This document shows positions 1-8,928 of a DNA stretch of 32,000 nucleotides, piece by piece. The DNA comes from Nitrospira japonica (GTDB lineage Bacteria > Nitrospirota > Nitrospiria > Nitrospirales > Nitrospiraceae). The notes under the pieces were generated by a model. That model did no database searches. It was not told the DNA's origin and was given only the letters and a program-made list of their open reading frames with translations. How positions within the stretch are numbered: the stretch's first letter is position 1; every line of letters begins with the position of its first letter. The stretch is taken from the NCBI RefSeq assembly GCF_900169565.1, contig NZ_LT828648.1, forward strand, positions 652,876 to 684,875. The letters run 5' to 3'. A program made the translations under genes and the position numbers.

Positions 1-1230
1 GAGGCCGAGGCGCGGCTTCCAGGCCGACTGATAGTGGGTGTAGCCGACCCAGTTTCTGGTCGCCCACGCATTGATGTGAAGGTTCTTCTGGTTGCCATAG
101 CCGTTCTGAATCGCATTGGCTCCGGTCGCACCCATTTCACCGAACTGCCACGCGATCTCGTTGATGGCGTCGAAGTTGCCCTTCCGCATTTCGATCCGGT
201 TGCCGATCATGTGACGGGTCTGGTTCGAATGCTTGGCAGTTCCGAGACCCTGCGCCCCGTTATCCGCAGAGTTGTAGTTGTTCTTGTAGTACACATAGAA
301 CGGCTCGATCAGGAAGCCGGGGATCGACTTCAACTGATTGTAGAAAATGATCATGTCGGCGTCGATATTGGCGCTGCCGTTGTTGAGCGTGCTGCCACCG
401 GGATTGGAAATATTGTTCTGTCCACTTCCCACTGCAGCGGCCTGTCCGATATCGGATTCCGAATTGCGGAACCATCCGAGGTACGAATCGAAACTCTTGG
501 TGCTGTAGCTCATCATGACACCGTCATGGGAGTAGCCGGTGTTCGCCCAGTCGAAGTGTCCGAACAGTGAATGGTTGCCGAAGATGACATATTGCCGACC
601 CGCCTTGATGCTCAACCCCTGGACACCTCCCAGGTTTCTGACCAACATGTAGGCGGCCCGGACACCGAGGCGGCCGTTGTTTCCTCCGCCGCCCGCGACT
701 CCTCCGTTGTGATTCAGCGGGTCGCCGCCGTTACCGGCGTTCGTATTGTTGCCGTTTCCGCCCCAGGTCGCGGAATCGATGATTTCCATGTAGAAATTCA
801 CGTCCGGCGAGAGATCGTATCCGATACCTAACCGCACCATTTGCTGGACGAAGAAGTCGTTGGCCTTTCCAGCCGTGCCGTTGGCAGAATTGCCGCCGAA
901 CGAGTTACACGCACCGTTGCCCGGGTTGCCGGGCATGGCGTTACCGAAGCAGACGCCGTTTCTCATTTCCGGACGGACACGGACATCGGCGCGCATCCAG
1001 AAGTTCTTGATATCGAAGTTTCGGCCGATCGCGGGGTCGTAGATTTCGTAGGCTTCCTTTTGCGGCATCGCACGAGGAATGGCGGGGAGGTTCGTAATCC
1101 GTTCGCCTTCCGGTAGCTCGAAACCAGCCTGGGCTGGGACACTCACGAGAGAGATGCCCGCTGCCATAACGGCCGCGCTGAAGAAGGTGGCCACGCCGGC
1201 CCACCCTGTCCGACCTAGGATGCTTCTCAT
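1..1230 (-). CDS. Outer-membrane beta-barrel porin, alginate-export (AlgE-like) family; N-terminal 410 codons, C-terminus runs off the left window edge
   Basis: Absent from the supplied ORF track because it is open at the window edge. My reverse-strand translation from ATG (1228-1230) to base 1 is stop-free for 410 codons: MRSILGRTGWAGVATFFSAAVMAAGISLVSVPAQA|GFELPEG..., a signal peptide with an AQA cleavage site. AGGAGG lies 6 nt upstream of the ATG. Asn/Gly-rich loops alternate with amphipathic strands. GRQYVIFGNHSLFGHFDWANTGYSHDGV resembles the alginate-export porin signature. The + strand ORFs at 34-1116 are shadow frames of this gene. Confidence 0.75.
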   Translation of the reverse strand, partial: MRSILGRTGWAGVATFFSAAVMAAGISLVSVPAQAGFELPEGERITNLPAIPRAMPQKEAYEIYDPAIGRNFDIKNFWMRADVRVRPEMRNGVCFGNAMPGNPGNGACNSFGGNSANGTAGKANDFFVQQMVRLGIGYDLSPDVNFYMEIIDSATWGGNGNNTNAGNGGDPLNHNGGVAGGGGNNGRLGVRAAYMLVRNLGGVQGLSIKAGRQYVIFGNHSLFGHFDWANTGYSHDGVMMSYSTKSFDSYLGWFRNSESDIGQAAAVGSGQNNISNPGGSTLNNGSANIDADMIIFYNQLKSIPGFLIEPFYVYYKNNYNSADNGAQGLGTAKHSNQTRHMIGNRIEMRKGNFDAINEIAWQFGEMGATGANAIQNGYGNQKNLHINAWATRNWVGYTHYQSAWKPRLGL

Positions 1231-1609
1231 AGCGTTCCTCCTGTGAATTGGATAGCAACCAACACCTGACCGACAGTGCCTGGCTGCCGACTTGACATCC
1301 AACTGCGTGTCATATCGACAAGTTTCCTTTTCGGTTACTCGCCCGGAAAGCCGTTGTGCCCACGCCTTCCGCTACTACGATTGCAACTCTTGACTGGTAC
1401 TGTCTCACCAACGCTCTACCCGAGCCAGCAATTTCAAGTTTCCTGAATACGACGCCGTACTCAGCCCCTGCCGTCGTCGGATCAGTTGAGCGGTGGTCAC
1501 CCCCTTCCCGTAATCCATGTCCCTAGCGCGTCGCTCAGGCGGCGCAAGAACATGGTGTTCCGACTGGTTGGTTTCGGCCGCTATCGTCGTTGGGCCGCAT
1601 CATTCGTGA

Positions 1610-1909
1610 TCAAGTGTGATTGCCGGTTTCCGTGGATCCGGACGGCTTTTCGACCGGCGTTGTGGCCGCATTGATTTCCTCTTCGGCTTCCTTCATTGAG
1701 GCCTGGAAATCCTGTTCGACCATCTTGACCTCCTGCTGAATCATGTTGAGTTCAGGCTCAACCGATTTTCTGAGGTCTTCCGCCGTTTCCTTGAAACCTT
1801 TGACTGCCTTGCCGACCTGCCGGCCGACTTCAGGCAGCTGTTTGGGGCCGAACAGTAAGAAGGCGATGACCAGAATAATGAGTATTTCGCCGGCACCCAG
1901 CCCAAACAT
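1610..1909 (-). CDS. Twin-arginine translocase subunit, TatA/TatB/TatE family (possibly TatB-like)
   Basis: 99-aa ORF. MFGLGAGEILIILVIAFLLFGPKQLPEVGRQVGKAVKGFK shows one TM helix, an FGP hinge and an amphipathic helix. The long acidic C-terminal half suggests TatB, but A versus B cannot be resolved by eye. Confidence 0.8.
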   Translation of the reverse strand: MFGLGAGEILIILVIAFLLFGPKQLPEVGRQVGKAVKGFKETAEDLRKSVEPELNMIQQEVKMVEQDFQASMKEAEEEINAATTPVEKPSGSTETGNHT

Positions 1910-2018
1910 GCTTGGTCATGCGTAAGACGCGGCGCGTCCCGCGGGAAGCAACAGAGGGAAGCGTCGGTTTCCTCTTGGCGCTTCGCGCTTCACGCTCACG
2001 CTTCGCATCTCCTCTTCG

Positions 2019-2285
2019 TTATCCTTGTTTCACTTGCTGCCCCTGCTGTGCCGGAGCATCAGCCGAGGGCGTCGATTGATTTTGCGTGACTTGCTGTTGT
2101 GCAGGCGGTGGGGCATCGGGGGGTGGCGTGACGTCGATGGCATCCGCCTCATTCACGCTTTTCTTGAACCCTTTGATCGCTTTTCCAAGACCTTCGCCGA
2201 GTTGTGGAATTTTGCCGGCCCCGAAAATGATCAAGACGATGATCAGAATCAGGAGCAATTCCATCCAGCCGAACGATCCAAACAT
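2019..2285 (-). CDS. tatA: Twin-arginine translocase subunit TatA
   Basis: The ORF track extends to 2351, but the Tat signature starts at the internal ATG (2283-2285): MFGSFGWMELLLILIIVLIIFGAGKIPQLGEGLGKAIKGFKK. A Pro/Gln-rich tail follows. Confidence 0.8.
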   Translation of the reverse strand: MFGSFGWMELLLILIIVLIIFGAGKIPQLGEGLGKAIKGFKKSVNEADAIDVTPPPDAPPPAQQQVTQNQSTPSADAPAQQGQQVKQG

Positions 2286-2467
2286 CCTGGTACTCGCTTT
2301 CCTCTTCGCCTCACGGCTCCTGGGAAAAGCCGAGGGGCTCCAACGGGGCACAAAACGCGGGAAACGACCGGCGAACGGCGAGGAGGCTATAGTAGAATTA
2401 CAGATTAGTCAAGTTTAATTTGAGGGCTTCGGTCATTGCGAGGCGGGAACGACGGCGGCGAGAAAAA

Positions 2468-3901
2468 TCAGCGACGCATCGACAGGTGAAAATAATCCAC
2501 CGGACTCGGCGGGGCCGTGAGCGCGATGAGAAACGAGTGAGGATCGTAGCCGATTTCTTCGAGATTTCTTGAAGCGGCGGTCAGTTCTTCTTCCGTCAGA
2601 TAGGCGACCGTATCCGGGACACCGGTCGCTTTCAAGCCATCGGCCATCGCCTGCAGAGCGTCGCGCTCGGCCGCAGGGGTGTCCGCCCTGAGCGAAAATT
2701 CCATCTTCCTTTCGTACGGGCTCTCGTACACTTCATCGAAGGCTCTGATCGTCCTCAACAGCAACCGATCCTGTTCCCAGGGTTCCATCCTTGTACCGGC
2801 CAACGGATGGGTCGCCAAAAGATCCATGAGGGTCAGAACGTTGGTTCCCAGGCTGCGTCCGATGAACTCACGCTGGCTTTCGACGGCGACCCGCCCCGCC
2901 TTCAATTGTTTGGCGACGGCTTCCACAAGCGGGAAATTCACCATGTAACTCTGCTGACCCCCAAACTGGCCGGAACAGGGCTTGTCGGGATCGTTGAGCA
3001 CCTTCAGGTCCGTACTTCCGGCATCAAAGCTGCTGAACCCCGCCGCGTCGGGAGCCAAGAGGCGTGTGGCTTCTTTCAAGGTCACAAAGGCGCCGATATT
3101 GACCGGGACGACGATCTGCTCATCGAAACGCCGGAGGAATTCCGTGATAGTTTTCCGATAGGGCACATCTTTCCAATCAACGGTCCGATACTCCCGTTCC
3201 CACACGAGATCATCGAAAAACGGGGGGAACCGCCTGAGTGTCTCCACATCCTTTGCATCAAACGCCCGCACAAACGCGGCCCAATCGTCGATCTTGGCAT
3301 GAAGCGTATCGCTCAGGTTGGGACGCAGGAATTCTTCTTCCATGTCCCCGCCTTGCCGGCACATCAACTTGGCGGGCAAATCATTCCAGAGTTCGTTACA
3401 GATGATCCGATCCACCGTGCCGTCGGCAATGTCGGAGATCCGGTCGACGGTCGTACAAAGCGGCTCGATCCGGTCGCGATGCTGGACCAAGGAGGGAGAC
3501 GCGACCGCCCTGTCCAGGAGAGACGGCTCCCAGTCCACCATCACATAACGGATCCGTGGATAAACCTGCCCTTGGTTGTCGAGCGTTCGGAGATGCGACA
3601 GGAAACAGGCCGCCAAGTTCCCGTTGCCGGGCCCCCACTCCATGACGGTCAGGGGGGACGAGTCCTTCCCGGCACTTGACGGTGACGCATCCCGTTTCAC
3701 GACCCGCTCAAAATAATCACTGGCAAGGGCATGAGCCAGGCGGTAGTCGGCCGAGGCAAAGGTTTGATAGTAGTTCCGGATGAAGTCACTCCGGAACTTA
3801 TAGAAGAGGTGATTGATGTGAACTTGCCATTGATCGACCGGCTTATAGTCACCGATCAACTGAGGAAGCGCATCTGCGTCTTGCAACATCGGCACACCCA
3901 C
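2468..3901 (-). CDS. Class I SAM-dependent methyltransferase, MidA/NDUFAF7 (DUF185)-like
   Basis: 477-aa ORF with a GTG start at 3901; an alternative ATG lies at 3889. SAM motif I is VMEWGPGNGNLA. The downstream DRIICNELWNDLP resembles the MidA-family ANEFFDALP motif. The rest of the protein was not recognised. Confidence 0.55.
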   Translation of the reverse strand: MGVPMLQDADALPQLIGDYKPVDQWQVHINHLFYKFRSDFIRNYYQTFASADYRLAHALASDYFERVVKRDASPSSAGKDSSPLTVMEWGPGNGNLAACFLSHLRTLDNQGQVYPRIRYVMVDWEPSLLDRAVASPSLVQHRDRIEPLCTTVDRISDIADGTVDRIICNELWNDLPAKLMCRQGGDMEEEFLRPNLSDTLHAKIDDWAAFVRAFDAKDVETLRRFPPFFDDLVWEREYRTVDWKDVPYRKTITEFLRRFDEQIVVPVNIGAFVTLKEATRLLAPDAAGFSSFDAGSTDLKVLNDPDKPCSGQFGGQQSYMVNFPLVEAVAKQLKAGRVAVESQREFIGRSLGTNVLTLMDLLATHPLAGTRMEPWEQDRLLLRTIRAFDEVYESPYERKMEFSLRADTPAAERDALQAMADGLKATGVPDTVAYLTEEELTAASRNLEEIGYDPHSFLIALTAPPSPVDYFHLSMRR

Positions 3902-4100
3902 ATGAGGACAATGTTTTCAGAAATCGCGACGCGCGGCACCCTGATCGTCGTGGAACGAGCGTGGCACGGCGCAGTCCGAAATCTTAGCAGATGGCCTGAA
4001 ACCGCCGCAATGGGTGGACGTTCCTCTGGCAGATCCGTCGAGGATTTCCAACCTGCCTGCCCAACTTGACAGTCTCCACCGGCCGGTGTACGAAATCATC

Positions 4101-4685
4101 ATGCGCGCAGCAACTCGGTATCGTTCTGTCTTGCCGAGAAAATTTTTGGCCGGCGTCTTGCTGTGTCTTCCGACCCTATCGCCGGCGCTCGGAGAAGACA
4201 TCCCGCTCACAAAGAATTCATCGATTTCCGAATTTCAGAACCGATCCGAGGACACCAGGCCGTATGACTTTGATGCTCCGCCGAAAGGCATGTTCAGAGA
4301 CATCACCATGGCCGAAGGATTCGACGAGGAGATCGGAATCCACAGGACTCATGAAATCGTGCCGGTCAAACCTACGGACCATTTCACCGCCGAGTCGACG
4401 GGCATTTTCATCGTTTTTCAGCTGCACCAGCATTATCAAGCCTTTCAAATCTTCGGCCGGTGTTTTCCGGAGACCGTTGCAGGATTGAATCCCGACACGA
4501 TGATCGGGCAAGACGCCATGTATATCGCACTCGAAGATGAGTCAGGATACCTTCGGCTTACCCCGCCGACCGGCGGGTGGAGACCCGGCCGCTACAAGGT
4601 TGAGATTCACGCCGGGGAGCAAGTCAACGAAATGTCCTTGATGGGCACCATGCGATTTACGGTCGTAGCGGACCTCAAGCCGTAA
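4101..4685 (+). CDS. Hypothetical exported protein
   Basis: The ORF is open from 4014. The internal ATG at 4101 gives MRAATRYRSVLPRKFLAGVLLCLPTLSPALG|EDIP, a signal-peptide-like N-terminus. No family was recognised. Confidence 0.55.
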   Translation: MRAATRYRSVLPRKFLAGVLLCLPTLSPALGEDIPLTKNSSISEFQNRSEDTRPYDFDAPPKGMFRDITMAEGFDEEIGIHRTHEIVPVKPTDHFTAESTGIFIVFQLHQHYQAFQIFGRCFPETVAGLNPDTMIGQDAMYIALEDESGYLRLTPPTGGWRPGRYKVEIHAGEQVNEMSLMGTMRFTVVADLKP

Positions 4686-4854
4686 CAACGGCGCGTGCGC
4701 CCGCCGCCTGTGTTCATCAGGACATCTCCCGAACTCTCCGTCGCGCCGATCTCGTGACCGGCGGCCCGCCCCTTCTGATCGTCACCCGGCTTTCACGCTG
4801 TCTCCTTCGCGATTTCTTCTATTCGAATTGGGTAACCGATTGCCTCCGTGCGGT

Positions 4855-4883
4855 TTGACGGTCTACGGAGCATTCTGTAGAAT
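4855..4883 (+). promoter_or_regulatory. Sigma-70-type promoter candidate for the GT2/LAB_N/GT-C operon
   Basis: TTGACG (4855-4860), a 17-nt spacer, then TAGAAT (4878-4883). It lies about 25-50 nt upstream of the candidate GT2 starts. Confidence 0.5.
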
Positions 4884-4933
4884 GTTGCCGTGATCGCGCT
4901 GTTCGCCATGTGTGTGCCGGCGTTCCACTCTAC

Positions 4934-5677
4934 ATGAGTGCCCCTCTTCCATGGGCTTCAGTCCTCGTCCCGGTCAAGGACGAGGTCGAGAACCTCACGC
5001 CCTTGACGGACGGGCTTCTCAAGGTCATGCATTCGCATCCTCTTTCACAGAGTCGGCCCTTCGAAATCATCTATATCGACGACGGGAGCACGGACGGAAG
5101 CAGCGAGCTCCTCGACCGATTGGCCGCCGAACACCGGGAAGTACGGACCTTCCATTTTGACCGCAATCATGGGAAAACCGCGGCTCTCGATGCGGCGTTC
5201 AAACAGTCATCAGGAGACATCATCGTTCATATCGACGCCGACCTCCAACAAGACAACGAGGATATCCTGTCGATGCTGCCGCTCACGGAACGGTATGATG
5301 TCGTATGCGGATGGAGGAAAGACCGTCAGGACAATCTCGTGCGGAAGCTTTCCTCCCGCATCGCCAACTTCATCAGAAATATTTTTACCCGCGACGGCAT
5401 TCACGATACGGGTTGTCCCTTAAAGATCTTCCGCCGGCCCGTTTGTGAGAAGCTGTGCCTGTTTGAAGGCTTGCACCGCTTCTTTCCGGCACTGGCTCTC
5501 ATGCACGGATTTACTATTACGGAAGTTCCGGTTCGGCATTATCCGCGCCTCCATGGAGTGTCAAAGTTCGGAGTCGGGAATCGGCTGTTCAAGAGCCTCT
5601 ATGACTTGATTGCAGTCCGGTGGATGCACAGTCGCGTATTGCGATACCGCTTTCGCTCATCCCCGGTCACCAAGTAA
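4934..5677 (+). CDS. Family 2 glycosyltransferase, polyprenyl-phosphate sugar synthase type (ArnC/DPM1/GtrB-like)
   Basis: SVLVPVKDEVENL...FEIIYIDDGSTDGS...NHGKTAALDAAF...IVHIDADLQQD shows the GT-A DxD and nucleotide-sugar motifs. The ORF opens at GTG 4910; ATG 4934 is preferred. The protein ends before the C-terminal TM helices usual in this family. Confidence 0.8.
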   Translation: MSAPLPWASVLVPVKDEVENLTPLTDGLLKVMHSHPLSQSRPFEIIYIDDGSTDGSSELLDRLAAEHREVRTFHFDRNHGKTAALDAAFKQSSGDIIVHIDADLQQDNEDILSMLPLTERYDVVCGWRKDRQDNLVRKLSSRIANFIRNIFTRDGIHDTGCPLKIFRRPVCEKLCLFEGLHRFFPALALMHGFTITEVPVRHYPRLHGVSKFGVGNRLFKSLYDLIAVRWMHSRVLRYRFRSSPVTK

Positions 5678-5704
5678 CCACACGGTTGCCATTTGTCGCT
5701 TGCC

Positions 5705-6010
5705 ATGTCCAACGCCGAGGTCATCTGGATTGCAATCGGGTTCCTAGGCCAGGGCCTATTCTTCGGCCGGTGGGTCGTTCAGTGGATCGCTTCGGAGCGG
5801 ACCGCGAAAAGTCAGGTCCCGATTGCGTTCTGGTACATGAGTCTCATCGGGGGGATGATTACTCTCGCCTATGCCATCTATCGAAAGGATCCCGTGTTCA
5901 TCGCCGGTCAAGGCGTGGGATCGGTGGTCTATGTCAGAAATCTTATGTTGATTCATCGATCCAGCCAGGATCAAACCGCACAACACCCGTCCTCGGTCGG
6001 TAATTCCTGA
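5705..6010 (+). CDS. Small membrane protein with lipid-A-biosynthesis N-terminal (LAB_N) domain
   Basis: MSNAEVIWIAIGFLGQGLFFGRWVVQWIASERTAKSQVPIAFWYMSLIGGMITLAYAIYRKDPVFI matches the LAB_N pattern (GQ..F..R...QW..SE...S..P..FW..S..G). The ORF track start at 5693 is TTG; ATG 5705 is preferred. Confidence 0.7.
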   Translation: MSNAEVIWIAIGFLGQGLFFGRWVVQWIASERTAKSQVPIAFWYMSLIGGMITLAYAIYRKDPVFIAGQGVGSVVYVRNLMLIHRSSQDQTAQHPSSVGNS

Positions 6011-6017
6011 TCAACCC

Positions 6018-7802
6018 GTGTCACAGCACGAAGACTCTTCCGCAGAACCGATCCCGATGGCCAAACACCTGGTGAACCTTGCCCTCCTGTTGGCACTGGC
6101 GGGAATCCTTCTCTTCGTGGGGCTGGGTTCGATCGGCCTCACGGACCGGGACGAGGGTCGCAACGCGGAAGCCGGGCGGGAGATGCTGGAGACCGGTGAT
6201 TGGATCACGCCGACGTTTAACTACGAACCTCGCTTCTATAAGCCGGCGCTCGTCTACTGGCTGATGAGCGGCTCATATTCCCTCTTTGGGGTCAACGAAT
6301 TCGCCGCCAGGTTTCATTCCGCGCTGTTCGGCATCGCGCTCATTCTGGTCCAATACTGGTTCTCCGTATGCTGGCAAGCACCCAACATCGGACTCTTCAG
6401 CGCCCTCATGTTGCTGCTCAACATTGAGATGATCGGTTTAAACCGCATGGCCTTGACCGACAGCGTCTTGGTGTTCTTTACCACCACGGCTCAATTCGCA
6501 TTCTGGGCCGGCCTTCACGGGACTGGGCGCCGATCTTGGATGTGGTGGTTCTATGCCGCGATGGGCATTGCGACGCTGGCCAAAGGGCCGGTGGGCTTTA
6601 TCATTCCCCTCGTCACCATGACCCTCTATCTCACGTTCACGCGGCGGTGGGGGCAATTCTGGCGCGAGGGCCATCCTCTGCTCGGCACGGGCCTGTTCGT
6701 CCTTGTCACGCTTCCTTGGTACGGCACCATGTTGGCCATTCACGGCTCAGCGTACGTCACGATCGCCAAGGCCCAGACGGTGGGTCGCTTCATGGCCCCC
6801 ATGGAGGGCCATGGCTTCGGTTTACTTTTCTATGTACCGGTGGTGCTGTTGGGATTCTTCCCCTGGAGCGCGCTTTTACCGATGTCGATGTACGGATGCC
6901 TCAAGGCATGGAAGGCGGCGCGCAGGACGGGAGCGTCCGCTCCACCGCCGGCGACCGCCGGCGCCGGAACCGCGTCTACTGAACTCGAGTTGTTCGCCAG
7001 CCTCTGGGTGATCGGGTCGTTTGTGTTCTTCACGCTCTCCTCGACAAAACTGCAACACTACATCGCACCCCTCTTCCCCGCGGCGGCGCTGCTGACTGCG
7101 ACCTATTGGCACCGCAGCTTGGTCGACCCGGCCACCAAAGGGGTGCGCGCGGCAATTCACGTGATGATGGGTTTGGGCTTTCTGCTGGCGCTGGGCCTCT
7201 CCTCGATTCCGTGGATCTATTCCCGTTTCTCCGACAAGTTGCTGAAAGAGTTCCCCTCAGCGGGGCTTCTTGATCCCAGCGCCTGGGACGCCGGCCCCTA
7301 TGCCGCCGCGCTGGTCTTGCTGATCGGAATGGCGATGGTGGGCTATTGGGGTCTGAACGAACAACGTCGTGCCGGAGCATTCTGGGCGGCAGGAGGGACG
7401 TTGGCCCTCGTGGTATTGATCACCATCAGACTCAGCCTCCCGCTCATGAACCACTATTTCGTCTCACCTCCGCAGGAACTCGCTTATGCCGCGGGGGTCA
7501 ATTTGCAGCCGTCCGACCATTTTGTCGTCTATGGGTCCACCAGACCTTCGACTATCTTCTATGCGAGGCGACAGGCCGTGTTCATTCCCTTCGGCGAAGA
7601 AGAGACGATCCGCCTCACGTTGGCCAAGCCGGACCGAACCATGGTCTTGCTGCCGGAACGCTTTCGATCCAACCTTCCCAAAGAAGCAGATCAATTGGTC
7701 CCCCTTTTACGGCGTCACGGCTATGTCCTGCTGGCCAATCAACCGATGGTGACCATTCCTGAAGGAACAGCGCCCCCGCCCGCCCGTCTTTCTCCCCATT
7801 AA
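6018..7802 (+). CDS. GT-C fold glycosyltransferase, ArnT/PMT (GT39/GT83)-like, polytopic membrane protein
   Basis: 594 aa with many TM helices. The N-terminal loop GLTDRDEGRNAEAGREMLETGDWITPTFNYEPRFYKPALVYWLM is the ArnT/PMT family signature. The start is GTG 6018; an alternative ATG lies at 6057. Confidence 0.8.
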   Translation: MSQHEDSSAEPIPMAKHLVNLALLLALAGILLFVGLGSIGLTDRDEGRNAEAGREMLETGDWITPTFNYEPRFYKPALVYWLMSGSYSLFGVNEFAARFHSALFGIALILVQYWFSVCWQAPNIGLFSALMLLLNIEMIGLNRMALTDSVLVFFTTTAQFAFWAGLHGTGRRSWMWWFYAAMGIATLAKGPVGFIIPLVTMTLYLTFTRRWGQFWREGHPLLGTGLFVLVTLPWYGTMLAIHGSAYVTIAKAQTVGRFMAPMEGHGFGLLFYVPVVLLGFFPWSALLPMSMYGCLKAWKAARRTGASAPPPATAGAGTASTELELFASLWVIGSFVFFTLSSTKLQHYIAPLFPAAALLTATYWHRSLVDPATKGVRAAIHVMMGLGFLLALGLSSIPWIYSRFSDKLLKEFPSAGLLDPSAWDAGPYAAALVLLIGMAMVGYWGLNEQRRAGAFWAAGGTLALVVLITIRLSLPLMNHYFVSPPQELAYAAGVNLQPSDHFVVYGSTRPSTIFYARRQAVFIPFGEEETIRLTLAKPDRTMVLLPERFRSNLPKEADQLVPLLRRHGYVLLANQPMVTIPEGTAPPPARLSPH

Positions 7803-7808
7803 GAAGCC

Positions 7809-8906
7809 TTACGACAGCGGCAACAGCCCTCTCATCGCCTGACTCGCCCACAGTCCAAGAATGACGAGGAGACAAAAGACCGCGTCTTGAGCCCCCACCC
7901 GATCACCGGCCCTGTCGCCAGTCACAGACAGTGAATCGACATCCCTGGGGCGGATCCAAGCAGCCATGCAGACACACAGCGCCGCCGCCGCCATCAAGGC
8001 GGATCCGGTGGCCATGACCACTCCCATTCCCGCCAGCTCTTTACACGTCTGCTTCGAAAGATGTCGGATCGGCATCAGTCCGAGGGCGAGCCATCCATAA
8101 CCGATCAGTGAGAGTATCGTCACAAAAAATCCGGCAAGCACCAGTTGCGATCCGGCCCATTGCACCGGCGAAGCATGGCCAGCCACCCATATCGCAGCCG
8201 ACACCCCGACGCAGACGGGTGCCAGGGAAGCCAGCCCGCATCCGAGTGACAATCGCCAACGACGCCAGGGATGGCCTGATACCACACCAACCAACCAACC
8301 GAGCGCCGCACCGCCCACCGTGTCGGTGAGAAAATGCGAACCGCGAAGAATTCGGCTCGCGGCAATGGCCACCGCCATTCCGATGAAAATCCACCGCCCC
8401 TTGGGGAACCTGATGGCAAGAACAGCGGCAATCGCCATCGCCAGCATGGCGTGTCCGGACGGAAACGAATCCCATCCACTGCCGCCGAAGGGAGAAAGAT
8501 CGACCGCGCCGGTATGGATGAACTTCGGACGGGGTCTGCCAACCACATGTTTGAGCAGGTTGCTCAACACCGCGACAATGCCGTGAGCCGCCAGGGTCTG
8601 CCACCCCGCGAGCTTCACGTCCGCACGTTTCAGCCAGACGCCGGCCAGCAAGAGCAGCAGGCTGAGCGCTATCATGCAGTCACCCTTGCCGATCCGATCA
8701 CCGATGTCACTGAAATACGCCAACCAGAGGTTCGGAAGATACCCCACGGGGTGATACAACGACCTCACAAACTTTGTCAGCGGAATGTCGAGTTCGAGCA
8801 AATTCAGGATGGCCAGCACAACAGCCGCACATGAGCAGGCTGCGGATGCGAGAACAAATCCGGTCGAATCGGCAGCCGATGGTCTTGCCGACGTGTCCGC
8901 CGTCAC
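7809..8906 (-). CDS. PAP2-family (type 2 phosphatidic-acid/lipid phosphate) phosphatase with a C-terminal multi-TM extension
   Basis: All three PAP2 motifs are present: KHVVGRPRP, PSGH and SRILRGSHFLTD. About 150 further hydrophobic residues follow the catalytic core. GTG start at 8906. Confidence 0.8.
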   Translation of the reverse strand: MTADTSARPSAADSTGFVLASAACSCAAVVLAILNLLELDIPLTKFVRSLYHPVGYLPNLWLAYFSDIGDRIGKGDCMIALSLLLLLAGVWLKRADVKLAGWQTLAAHGIVAVLSNLLKHVVGRPRPKFIHTGAVDLSPFGGSGWDSFPSGHAMLAMAIAAVLAIRFPKGRWIFIGMAVAIAASRILRGSHFLTDTVGGAALGWLVGVVSGHPWRRWRLSLGCGLASLAPVCVGVSAAIWVAGHASPVQWAGSQLVLAGFFVTILSLIGYGWLALGLMPIRHLSKQTCKELAGMGVVMATGSALMAAAALCVCMAAWIRPRDVDSLSVTGDRAGDRVGAQDAVFCLLVILGLWASQAMRGLLPLS

Positions 8907-8928
8907 ACCATGCCTCGTCGCCGGCTCG

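Noticed and set aside
600-900. Asn/Gly-rich low-complexity stretches in the porin gene, considered as a possible nucleotide repeat
   Set aside because: The bias is at the protein level, in surface-loop composition. No periodic DNA repeat unit is visible.
34-1116. Three + strand ORFs (178, 86 and 91 aa) at the left edge
   Set aside because: Their translations are Val/Asp/Arg-rich and low in complexity. They lie exactly antisense to a 410-codon stop-free minus-strand frame that has a signal peptide, an RBS and porin motifs. They are shadow frames.
1910-2018. GC-rich repetitive spacer (gcgaagcg/gtgagcg/gtgaagcg motifs and GACGCGCCGCGTC) between the tat genes
   Set aside because: These are short degenerate repeats. 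The palindrome's 1-nt loop is too small for a hairpin, and no T-tract follows. The evidence is not enough for a terminator or an operator.
1610-2285. Two adjacent Tat subunit genes without tatC
   Set aside because: Tandem tatA/tatB-type genes with tatC elsewhere or further downstream is a common arrangement. Nothing in the sequence is unusual.
2807-3679. 290-aa + strand ORF inside the methyltransferase gene
   Set aside because: It is an antisense shadow ORF in GC-rich DNA. It has no motifs and no RBS, and the opposite frame carries clear SAM-binding motifs.
8041-8834. Overlapping 187-aa (-), 142-aa (-) and 166-aa (+) ORFs within the PAP2 gene
   Set aside because: They are Arg/Gly/Pro-rich alternative frames of a GC-rich gene. 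Only the 7809-8906 frame carries the three PAP2 catalytic motifs.
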